DNA of 16,773 bases, from NCBI GenBank assembly GCA_018985225.1, contig JADGIF010000153.1:1-16773 (forward strand), written 5' to 3'. This DNA is from Amoeboradix gromovi X-113 (Eukaryota > Fungi > Sanchytriomycota). The notes under the pieces were generated by a model. That model worked only from the letters and a program-made list of their open reading frames with translations, ran no database searches and was not told the origin of the DNA. Below, in pieces: positions 1 through 8,240 of this stretch. The position numbers and the translations under genes were made by a program. How positions within the stretch are numbered: the stretch's first letter is position 1; every line of letters starts with the position of its first letter.

Positions 1-180
1 CCAAGTTGTCTACACTTGAGAAGTGTGGGGTTTGAAATCTTCATGATTTTCGAATTCTTCACATTTAACGTAGGCGAATACCAAGGGCATAAATGCATTA
101 GAAACACTCGGGGTCTCCAAATGAAAATTTCAACATTTTTTGTCAAGCAGGATCCATGCTTAGTTGTATTTTACGGTGGT

Positions 181-1329
181 ATGGTAAGATGTCCTATATG
201 TCTAGACGACGTTTTGTTGGCACCAGTTATATTAAAATGCCGTCATGTTTGCTGTTTACCCTGTGCTCTAAGAATGGTATACTCACCATTTCTTACGATT
301 CCTAGGATATCATTCAAAAAAATTGAAGATATATCAGTGTATACACTTAGGCCGGTTATTCAAGACCTGGTTGATTCTATAATTGATACCAGTTTACCTT
401 TGAGAGTTAGCATGGACTCGAATAGTCTTGAAGTGCCGGCAAGCAATAAGTCATTCAATTGTCCTATATGTTCTGCCTTTGGTAAAGCTCAAGATCTGCT
501 ACCAGCAGAAATTCGTCATATGAAAGAGGACCATCGCCAAATTCATCATTCGAAAGGCACAAAATCTATTAAAATACATTCCGATTTGCCGTTTTACGAG
601 TATTTGGTATCTTGTGGACCATTATATGGCACCAGATTTGCTGACTTTTGTGACAACGGTATAATCGATGCTTTGGATTTAAACAAAATTTATTCTTCCT
701 ATTCTGAGAACATAAAAAGCGCTTTTGATGGCGTAGTAAAAGATATTGCAGACCGCATTTATATAGAGATGGATAAAAGGCTGTCCATGAGTACACCTGA
801 AGTAATAGATAATGTGGATAGTGAGTCAGAATCTTGGGCATCAGTTGCAAAAAAAGAATTGCTAGTCGATGTTACCGAGTTAGACATATCTATTGAAGGG
901 ATATTAAAGGATCTCATGTCTAATCAAGATAACATTCTGTACTCTTCCGTTATCGCCTGCGTGTTCTACTCATTTGCGATCAAGTTTTGCCAGCTGAGAA
1001 TGAAATCTGCGGGCGATGAATTGGTTGATCGAATTAAAAACAATGATTTTGCCGTAGCAGACGATGAAGATTTGGAATTTGGATATTCTTGCATCGATTC
1101 AGTTATTGGACTAGACGATATGGCTTTGCTGATGAATATGTATAATTCCGCCCCACCAAAGGTGCTATCAGTTAAAGGTCATGTCTTAGTCTCGGAAAAC
1201 AAAAGAATTTTGATTATGCATTCAGTGGAAGATCAACTGTTTGAAACTACATTTAAAGATGAAGTTGAATCTCCGAGAATGTTAAGACAATTAAGTGAAC
1301 TAATTGAAGCGCAATTAAAAGTAAAGTGA
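181..1329 (+). CDS. RING-HC (C3HC4) zinc-finger protein, putative E3 ubiquitin ligase
   Basis: From ATG 181: CPIC-x12-C-x-H-x2-C-x2-C (CPICLDDVLLAPVILKCRHVCCLPC), then about 65 aa, then FNCPIC. The ORF track starts at TTG 16; ATG 181 directly precedes the RING and is more likely, though ATG 43 and 121 are possible. The C-terminal part is not recognised. Confidence 0.65.
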   Translation: MVRCPICLDDVLLAPVILKCRHVCCLPCALRMVYSPFLTIPRISFKKIEDISVYTLRPVIQDLVDSIIDTSLPLRVSMDSNSLEVPASNKSFNCPICSAFGKAQDLLPAEIRHMKEDHRQIHHSKGTKSIKIHSDLPFYEYLVSCGPLYGTRFADFCDNGIIDALDLNKIYSSYSENIKSAFDGVVKDIADRIYIEMDKRLSMSTPEVIDNVDSESESWASVAKKELLVDVTELDISIEGILKDLMSNQDNILYSSVIACVFYSFAIKFCQLRMKSAGDELVDRIKNNDFAVADDEDLEFGYSCIDSVIGLDDMALLMNMYNSAPPKVLSVKGHVLVSENKRILIMHSVEDQLFETTFKDEVESPRMLRQLSELIEAQLKVK

Positions 1330-1387
1330 CTTCCTCGTAAATATTTTATTTTATATCTCCACGTTTTAGTTGCTGACCAAGGATAAA

Positions 1388-2690
1388 ATGTCCGAGACTC
1401 CTAAAAGAAAAAATAAACCTCCTGAACTGAATGATGTAATGAAGACACCAGTTAAGAAGAAGAGGAGGGTTGAGGATGATAGCAGTGAAATTAAAAAAGA
1501 TGTTTATGTTACACCTACTAAAGATAGAATGATACCCAGCAGATTAAACAAATCTATATATACCAGCGTGCTATTTCAAAGCAATAGGTTGAAAGCACCT
1601 CGCAATACAAATAGTAAGAAATTTATTCGCCAACCACCTCATTTGAACAAGGATGTAATAGTAGACAGATTAAGACATTCGAAGGTCCCCATTAAGCAAT
1701 ATCAGCTAGACGATATAATGGATGATTATTATCTTAATGTCCTGGACTGGTCTGCCAAAGGACTGATAGGAATAGGATTGACTAATAACTTGTATGTCCT
1801 GGATCCATCCAACGATCTCAACTACAAGTTCTATTCATGTGAAAACGATCACATAACTGGTATTAAATACAACCCATCTGGTGCGTTTATAGGTATAGGA
1901 ACTCATTTAGGTAATCTAGCTTACAAGGACTTGAATTCTGGAGTTTCCACCAATTCTACTAATGTAGCAAATCTGTCTCAAAGAATTGGATGCATGGACT
2001 GGAAATCAGACAGCGTAGTAGCAGTTGGATGTAGAGATAAAAACGTGTATATTTATGATATTAACAGCAATAACAGGGCATTTAAATTGGATAAGCATAA
2101 GCAAGAAATTTGCGGAATAGCGTTCAACAGCACCGGAACCCACCTGGCAACTGGTGGAAATGACAATGTTTTTATGGTTTGGGATCTAAGGCATTCCACT
2201 CACCCAGTGTATACTAATGAACATAATGCTGCAGTTAAGGCTGTTTCGTGGTCACCAAACAAGGTATTACTTACTAATCCAGCCAAACATACTAGCTACA
2301 GGCGGTGGAACAGCCGATAAGTGTCTTAAAGTTTGGGATATAAATCAGCCCAAGTGTTTGGTTAACATTGATACATCCTCGCAAGTATGCAATATATTAT
2401 GGTCAAAGAATTCAACAGAGATCTGTAGCACGCATGGATATTCCCAGAACATGATGCACGTCTGGAAATACTCCGATTCGAATTCTTCTGTTGATTTTGG
2501 CCTGTTTGAACAGTCTTCATTTACACTAGATCAACTATTCGCATTCCAAGCACATACAAGTAGAGTTCTGTATGCAGCTTTGGGACCGGACAATGAGACT
2601 GTTTGCACAGCGGCAGCGGATATGCATCTTAAATGCTGGAAAGTATTTCAGCAACAAAAATCTGTGAATCCTACTCGCTTGATGCGCTAG
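1388..2690 (+). CDS. CDH1: APC/C activator Cdh1/Fzr1 (Cdc20/Fizzy family WD40 protein); join(1388..2263,2283..2690)
   Basis: C-box DRMIPSR, DDYYLNVLDWS, HKQEICG, EHNAAVKAVSWSP, LATGGGTAD, SQVCNILWSK..EICSTHGYSQN, HTSRVLY, and a C-terminal MR (IR-tail variant). ORFs 1370..2320 and 2217..2690 join in frame after removing 2264..2282 (WSPNK|PNILATGGG). STHGYSQN and DTxSQVCN favour Cdh1 over Cdc20. Confidence 0.88.
2264..2282 (+). other. 19-nt spliceosomal intron (GTATTACTTACTAATCCAG)
   Basis: GT...AG with a TACTAAT branch-like motif. Its removal restores the conserved WD40 reading frame exactly. Confidence 0.88.
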
Positions 2691-2752
2691 TAAATAGTTT
2701 TCCTGTTTCTTTTCGTTTGAAAGAGGGTATTTTTTACTCCCTCAAACATTAC

Positions 2753-4526
2753 ATGATTTGTCTGGTTTTGGATCAATCGATAGCAAACAGAAATGCTAAC
2801 CAGTGCATTGTCCCAATTTTGAACAGTGTATTACAAGCAGGTAACGTAAGTATGAGTACTCCATGTCTTTTAATACCGTATCACAGTCAAAACACGAGCG
2901 TTTATTCAAAATCAACATTAGGTGATAGTATCCAAAAAATAGCGTCTCTGAAATATGATCATTTAAACCCTATGGTGAACTCGCTATTGGATGCAATGTA
3001 TTTAGCATACACAAGTTTAAAACAATCTGATTCTAAGCATATCATCATTTTGTGCAGTACTTTGTATATAGATGGCTTCGCCAATCCTAATCCCTCAAAA
3101 AACATCTCCAATATGGCTTCAATGCTAGATACGCTGAAATCGGAGAACATTTCAGTTTCTGTATTATGTAAAAAGGGATTAAAACCCATTGAAGAGTTGT
3201 CTAAAAATGGTTGGAGAAGTAGCAATCCCAATTATTCTGTTATATTTGACAAATCTTTCGTTCCTGAGATTCCACATTTAACTACTTCTACAAATATTCC
3301 AGCTTCTGTTACTTTTGGCAATCAGCAGCAATCCCCTCCACAACATCAGGTACATCAACAAACGCAACAGCCTATACAGCAGCAAATACAGCAGCCTATG
3401 CAGCAATCAATTCCTAATGGCATGAATATGGTTCCTGTTGACTACTATCCTCCACCACCGACTGATGCTGCTTTGTGGTCTGGTCAGTTACAAATGAATG
3501 AAATAGTTGCTCCTGTTATTGCCACTCCGATATCTAAGCATGATGTTCCTCAATTGTATTTTTAACTAATTTAGCAACTGTCAAATCTGGCCACATACTC
3601 TGAGTATTTTTGGATTGTATACGGTTAACATCCATACTTTGCAAGGATATGTGCAATCTAATCATATTCCTATTGTTTCTTTTGAAGATCAGCAACCCAC
3701 ACCTCAATTTGACTCCATCAAACGTTCTTTGCAAGAGCAACGAAAAGTTGCTGTTATTAAGCAAGACCAGTATCACGGATTTTGTATATTTATGAACAAT
3801 AACAGGTTACTGGGGTTGGTAATGATTAAATCTCAGTTCCCACCGGATATTCTGCAATGCTTGGGTTACACTTCGCCTGCTCAACAGCCGATGGGAATGC
3901 AAATGCCCATCAGCGTGTCCCCTCCTAGTGTAGCTACTCCTGCCAGTGTGCAGCATACGCCTAACCAGCAAGCGGCAATTTCCACAACACCTCAGCAATT
4001 ACCTCAACAGCCAACACCCGGACAACAGCAGCCTCAACCAATACATCATCAGCAACAGATTCCACAGCAGCCGATGGGGAGTCCACACTTGTATGGACAA
4101 CAGCCTCAACAAGCTCAGCAGCCGATGGGAAGCCCACAAATTAGAGGAGGGCCAATACCTCAACAGTTTCAACAGCAGTACAGGAATGTACCTGCACCTC
4201 AACAACAGCATCAGTATAGAAACATGCCAATCTATAATCCCTATATGCAACAGCCTCCACGTGGGATGCAATTTAGAACGCCTTATGGAATGATGCAGTA
4301 TCCTATGATGATGCAACCACAAATGGGAATGCAACAGATACCACCACAGATGATGCAGCAACAGCAGCAAATATCGCAACCGCAAAGGCCACAGCAACCA
4401 AACATGTCTCCAGGAATGCCACAACAAATGCCTATGAATAACCAACAAATGCCACCTAATATGCAATATATGCCGCAGCAGTACTATCAACAAGGGATGC
4501 AGCCACAGTATAGAAGACCGCAGTAG
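2753..4526 (+). CDS. MED25: Mediator subunit 25 (MED25/PFT1)-like protein: VWA domain + ACID/PTOV-like domain + Q/P/M-rich tail; join(2753..3555,3575..4526)
   Basis: N-terminal VWA-like strands (MICLVLDQS, SLLDAMYLAY, KHIIILCS, ENISVSVLC). After splicing: LWSGQLQM ... IWPHTLSIFGL ... EQRKVAVIKQ ... NNRLLGLVM, resembling the MED25 ACID domain. Then a long Gln/Pro/Met-rich tail. Two ORFs join via the 19-nt intron 3556..3574. Confidence 0.65.
3556..3574 (+). other. 19-nt spliceosomal intron (GTATTTTTAACTAATTTAG)
   Basis: GT...AG with an ACTAAT branch-like motif, and it contains the in-frame TAA. Removal gives PQ-F-NCQIWPHTL in frame with ORF 3615..4526. Confidence 0.85.
3880..4523 (+). repeat. 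Low-complexity Gln/Pro/Met-rich coding tract with repeated QQPMG(SP) units
   Basis: CAGCCGATGGG recurs near 3885, 4068 and 4119; CAA/CAG-rich codons. Confidence 0.8.
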
Positions 4527-4625
4527 ACTAGCCTTATTTTAAAATAAATGCATTACAGTTTTATTCTTATTGTCCGGTTTATGTTCTTTACATTATTAAT
4601 TTTAACTTTTGAAACAACAAAGGCA

Positions 4626-5390
4626 ATGCAGTGGAAAGCATGGGAAGAAGTGTCTGATTTAGGAATACAGGCGTTGGCTGTATTCACTGTAGTAGCATTT
4701 ACCGGGGTAGCTATGAGGAAGAAGAACAGTTATTATAAAAGGTATGCCACAATAGATGACTTACATCCTAAATATTTAAAAAAAACTCACTTGTTACGAG
4801 GATATGGATTAACAATAAGAGATGGTGACAATTTTAGGTTTTACCACACTACTGAAATACAGCAACTGTACTGGCTGCTAAGTGGAAAAAGGGACTTGAA
4901 ATACGCAACATTTACAACAGAGGATATCAAAATAAGGAGAAAGGAAGGAACAATTGCGATAAGGCTAGCAGGAATCGACGCTCCTGAATCTGCACACTTT
5001 GGAATGACTGCCCAGCCTTTTTCAAAAGAGGCCACTGAGTATTTGAAAAAACTGCTACAGGTTGATAACGGCCTGAATACCAAATGTAGAAGATTAATGA
5101 TAGAACCGCTTAAGAGAGATCAATATGGAAGATTAGTCAGCATGGTTTACTACCAGCCAATACCTTTCTTACCCTGGTATAGGAACATTTCAGAAGAGAT
5201 GATAAAGCTAGGACTGGCAGTAGTCTATACAGCAGCTGGTGCAGAGTATGGGAAGCTTGAAGAAAGACTCTTAAGATTAGAAAAGAAAGCCCAGAAGAAA
5301 AAAAAGGGTATTTGGGGTCTTCAAAATTTTGTGAGTCCTGGAATGCACAAGGAACTGTTTAAGACAGGGAAGCAAGTTATTCGGCAATGA
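4626..5390 (+). CDS. LCL3: LCL3-like staphylococcal-nuclease (SNase) family endonuclease with N-terminal TM segment
   Basis: DGDNFRFYHT, TIAIRLAGIDAPESAHFG, QPFSKEA, DQYGRLV, EMIKLGLAVVY, AEYG, KKKGIW. ATG 4626 is preferred; in-frame ATGs at 4548 and 4581 lie in an AT-rich stretch. Confidence 0.88.
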   Translation: MQWKAWEEVSDLGIQALAVFTVVAFTGVAMRKKNSYYKRYATIDDLHPKYLKKTHLLRGYGLTIRDGDNFRFYHTTEIQQLYWLLSGKRDLKYATFTTEDIKIRRKEGTIAIRLAGIDAPESAHFGMTAQPFSKEATEYLKKLLQVDNGLNTKCRRLMIEPLKRDQYGRLVSMVYYQPIPFLPWYRNISEEMIKLGLAVVYTAAGAEYGKLEERLLRLEKKAQKKKKGIWGLQNFVSPGMHKELFKTGKQVIRQ

Positions 5391-5399
5391 ATAAATAAT

Positions 5400-6212
5400 T
5401 TACTTCAAGAAATCGATGTAATCTTTGATTATTAAATGCAGGAATTTGGGCTTGCACTTTAATGCCTCACTAATGGATGTCATGCACAAACCAATTTGTT
5501 TGGCTTCTAAAATGCTATCTAATGGAGCCTCTTCGAACCCTATGTTTATGCTAGAGTCTTTGGAAGCTTTTAGATCAGATGCCTCCAGTTTTGACAACGA
5601 TGAACAATCAACCTCTCTGATAGCTGACTCCAAATTTGATTTCTGAAGGAGTAGCGAATCTACGTGAGAGATCCAGCTAGAAACAGTTAAACAGGAAGAC
5701 TGAGGATCCATTCTAAGCGTCTGATCTAGAACATGCTCCAACTCTTTTTTAGTTTGACACTCAGCTGTGACTTTAGCCAAGTCAATTTTTTGTTTTTCAG
5801 TTTCTAAAATTAGTTCAGCTATTCTATCCTCTACCAATATTCTTGCCTTGACGTCATCCTCTGACTTTTTGTTAGATCTCTTCATTTTGAGTCTGTTTTC
5901 CTCAATAAATTTGGAAAACCTATCTTTGTGTTCGAAATATTTTTGCTTTTCCACAAAAAATGATACTTTGAGTTTTTCTTTCGAAACCAGCCATTTTGAA
6001 TGGTTTGTTTGTGCCTCTATTAGCTTTCTTTGGAAATCTAACTGTTGTTCTTGAACATCAAACAAATAAGTGTCTTGAATTGATGCAATGTTGTTATTTA
6101 ATAGAATTGGCTGCATAGGAAACTCGTAAGACCCATTAACATATGCCTTTATTGGTTCCAGTTGGATCTTGCCCCCCCTTTGGGTAATAAAGATATCTTT
6201 GCCATCTTCCAT
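5400..6212 (-). CDS. Coiled-coil DUF4200 protein (CCDC42/CFAP73/CFAP100-like, cilia/flagella-associated)
   Basis: 270-aa coiled-coil ORF containing RFSKFIEENRLKMKRSNKKSEDD, similar to the DUF4200 signature KFLxENxxKxxRAxKKAxxE. Confidence 0.55.
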   Translation of the reverse strand: MEDGKDIFITQRGGKIQLEPIKAYVNGSYEFPMQPILLNNNIASIQDTYLFDVQEQQLDFQRKLIEAQTNHSKWLVSKEKLKVSFFVEKQKYFEHKDRFSKFIEENRLKMKRSNKKSEDDVKARILVEDRIAELILETEKQKIDLAKVTAECQTKKELEHVLDQTLRMDPQSSCLTVSSWISHVDSLLLQKSNLESAIREVDCSSLSKLEASDLKASKDSSINIGFEEAPLDSILEAKQIGLCMTSISEALKCKPKFLHLIIKDYIDFLK

Positions 6213-6344
6213 TTTATATGAAACTTATCTTCGCTGTTTGAAAGACGCAAACAGGAAACATTAAATTTAACCCTAGAGAAGTGAAATAAATTTGTCTTAC
6301 AGGTGAAAGATTAAAAATTAACTTAATGAAATTCCGTGTGACAC
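6213..6344. promoter_or_regulatory. Putative bidirectional promoter (132 bp) between the divergent DUF4200 and GPN1 genes
   Basis: The two ATGs point away from each other across a short AT-rich spacer. Inferred from geometry only. Confidence 0.5.
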
Positions 6345-7190
6345 ATGAATTCGCAACAAAAAGAGGACACTCACGTAATTATAGTCATCGGAATGGCAGC
6401 AGCAGGCAAGTCGGCTACTGTCAAAGCGTTAAAGCGCTTAAATCCCTACACCATAAATTTAGATCCTGCAGTTCTCGACACTCCATACACGTGTAATATC
6501 GACATTAGAGATACAATTGATTACATGAAGTTAATGGAGGACTATTCATTGGGACCCAACGGTGCCATAATGACCTCTTTAAATTTGCTTTGCACTAAAT
6601 TTCATGACATTATTGCTCTCATTGATAAAAGAAATCCAAAATATGTTGTAGTTGACACTCCTGGTCAGATTGAGGCATTTACATGGTCAGCTAGTGGTCA
6701 AATTATTATGGAAACATTGGCTTCTAAGTTTCCTGTATCAATAGTGTATGTCGTGGACAGTGTTAAATGTGATAATCCCGTTTCTTTCATGTCAAATTTA
6801 GTTTATGCATGTTCTATCATGTACAAATCTCAGCTGCCTTTTGTTTTGTTTTTTAATAAATCCGACCAAACAGATACTTCAAGGCTAATAAGTTGGATGC
6901 GGGATTATGACAATTTTATGGAACACTTAATGAAATATGAAAACGACGGTAACTATGCTACAGATTTAGCAAGAAGCATGGCACTAATGCTTGAAGATTT
7001 TTATAAGGTGCTAAACGTTGCCTGCGGAAGTGCTTTGAATAATGACCTTGATAATTTGCTGGATAAGTTGGAGGAATCTAAAAATTCATTTGAAGAATAC
7101 AGAAAGATGAGAATACAGGCTGATAAGCATAGAAAAGAAAGAAAGACACATGAATTAAGTGTTAAATTAGAAGGATTGGATCTGAAATAA
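6345..7190 (+). CDS. GPN1: GPN-loop GTPase 1 (GPN1/XAB1/Npa3)
   Basis: GMAAAGKS P-loop, NLDPAV, IDIRDT, LGPNGAIMTSLNL, DTPGQIEAFTWSASG, FMSNLVYACSIMYK, NKSD. Confidence 0.93.
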   Translation: MNSQQKEDTHVIIVIGMAAAGKSATVKALKRLNPYTINLDPAVLDTPYTCNIDIRDTIDYMKLMEDYSLGPNGAIMTSLNLLCTKFHDIIALIDKRNPKYVVVDTPGQIEAFTWSASGQIIMETLASKFPVSIVYVVDSVKCDNPVSFMSNLVYACSIMYKSQLPFVLFFNKSDQTDTSRLISWMRDYDNFMEHLMKYENDGNYATDLARSMALMLEDFYKVLNVACGSALNNDLDNLLDKLEESKNSFEEYRKMRIQADKHRKERKTHELSVKLEGLDLK

Positions 7191-7323
7191 ATTTTATATT
7201 TTTAATTTCCATTTTATATTTCTAGTTCCAAAATTAGTGTGATAGATCACGATTCCTAAGTGTTTGCAGCTTGGTTAAATACTATTTCAATATGATTCAC
7301 ATTTATGAAATTGAAACTCCATG

Positions 7324-7460
7324 GATTTGTATGTCTCCAGTCTCCTCGTTAAAAGTCCAGATTTCCGAGAAAATCGAGAATTTCCACAGAGAAACTAGCA
7401 ATGCTAGATGCTCTGTTACAGCGATTGCTCACGCTTTCACTACCTTGAGGCGGGATTGAA
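7324..7460 (-). ncRNA. Putative Fanzor omegaRNA A (scaffold about 7460-7344, guide from 7343 downward)
   Basis: Lies directly 3' of RuvC-III. Minus strand reads CCGCCTC (7453-7447); hairpin AGCG/CGCT (7435-7420); long hairpin ACAGAG..CTAGCA-T-TGCTAG..CTCTGT (7416-7386); hairpin 7384-7360; then GACTTTTAACGAGG. Same layout as the copy at 8727-8837. Confidence 0.65.
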
Positions 7461-8045
7461 TAAGGATGCAGATACTTGATGTATATGTTCCTTGCTGCCA
7501 TATGGTCTCTATCTATTTCCAAATGACACTGTACAGGTGTAAGTTTCTAAATTGGCTTTCTTTAGAGTACCGCACCTTGTATATGTCTGACTAGTAAATG
7601 ATTCATTACATTCGACCATCGTCTTTCCTCTTTGCTTACACTTGAACTTCAAGCGTTCTTTGAATGCGTAATGGGACATTGTAGCCAAGTTTCTTGCGAC
7701 CTTGCTCGACAAACTACTTATCATCTGGCTCGTATTGAACGATGGCAAGTAAATAAGATCGTACGTCTTTGTCAGGTAATCACATATCTTCATATGACAA
7801 TCCTCTCTAAGATTCTTTACACGCTGTATCAGTCTATACATGACCTTTTTATACTTGCGCTTCTTTTTTGATCGTGTTATTTTTGATTGTACTTTGTCGA
7901 TTGCGTATAAATACTTTTTGATATGATGGAATTCATGTGAGCAAAACTCCTAGATATTTTCACTGTCGTATCCCGTCAAAAACTTTCGTACACCTGGATC
8001 TAATGCAATCACTTTTTCAATTATCTTTGGTTCTTCACATTTAAA
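7349..8045 (-). pseudogene. Fanzor2/TnpB RuvC nuclease pseudogene A (5'-truncated, one in-frame TAG, one frameshift)
   Basis: ORFs 7950..8366 and 7509..7841 share a frame, separated only by TAG 7952-7950: VIALDPGVRKFLTGYDSENI*EFCSHEFHHIKKYLYAIDKVQSKITRSKKKRKYKKVMYRLIQRVKNLREDCHMKICDYLTKTYDLIYLPSFNTSQM...SHYAFKERL...VECNESFTSQTYTRCG...YTCT. A frameshift near 7529 then gives CHLEIDRDHMAARNI (RuvC-III), running to TAA at 7351-7349. Confidence 0.9.
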
Positions 8046-8240
8046 CAAGTCTGTAAGAGCATACAAGTTCACATTGTGGTTCTCAATGAAGGCGACAAAG
8101 ATAAGGGAGAAGAGCTCAAAGACGACCTCTTCGCGGTCTGCACTTGCTTCATTGCGCAAGCACATGGAAGAAAAAGTCCTGGAAAAAGATGCGAATGCCA
8201 AGGAAGAAATTCTGATGGAGAAAAAGCTCAAGAGAGTTAA
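8040..8240 (+). pseudogene. tnpA: C-terminal fragment of an IS607-type serine recombinase (TnpA)
   Basis: A frame not in the ORF track reads FKQVCKSIQVHIVVLNEGDKDKGEELKDDLFAVCTCFIAQAHGRKSPGK...*, matching the IS607 TnpA tail pattern IVVLN...EELxxDLhxIhxxFxxRLYGxRS. It overlaps the start of the downstream Fanzor, as in IS607. The N-terminal HTH and catalytic Ser are missing. Confidence 0.72.

Noticed and set aside
3807-4493. ORFs 3807..3998, 3946..4293 and 3999..4493
   Set aside because: Antisense or alternate-frame shadows of the Gln/Pro-rich MED25-like tail.
7271-7459. Plus-strand 62-aa ORF
   Set aside because: TTG start, no recognisable motif, and antisense to omegaRNA A.
7950-7952. In-frame TAG in Fanzor A as evidence for stop-codon reassignment (TAR=Gln) or readthrough
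   Set aside because: Host genes end at TAA/TAG at the expected positions (Cdh1, MED25-like, GPN1), the Q-rich tract uses only CAA/CAG, and the same ORF has other lesions.
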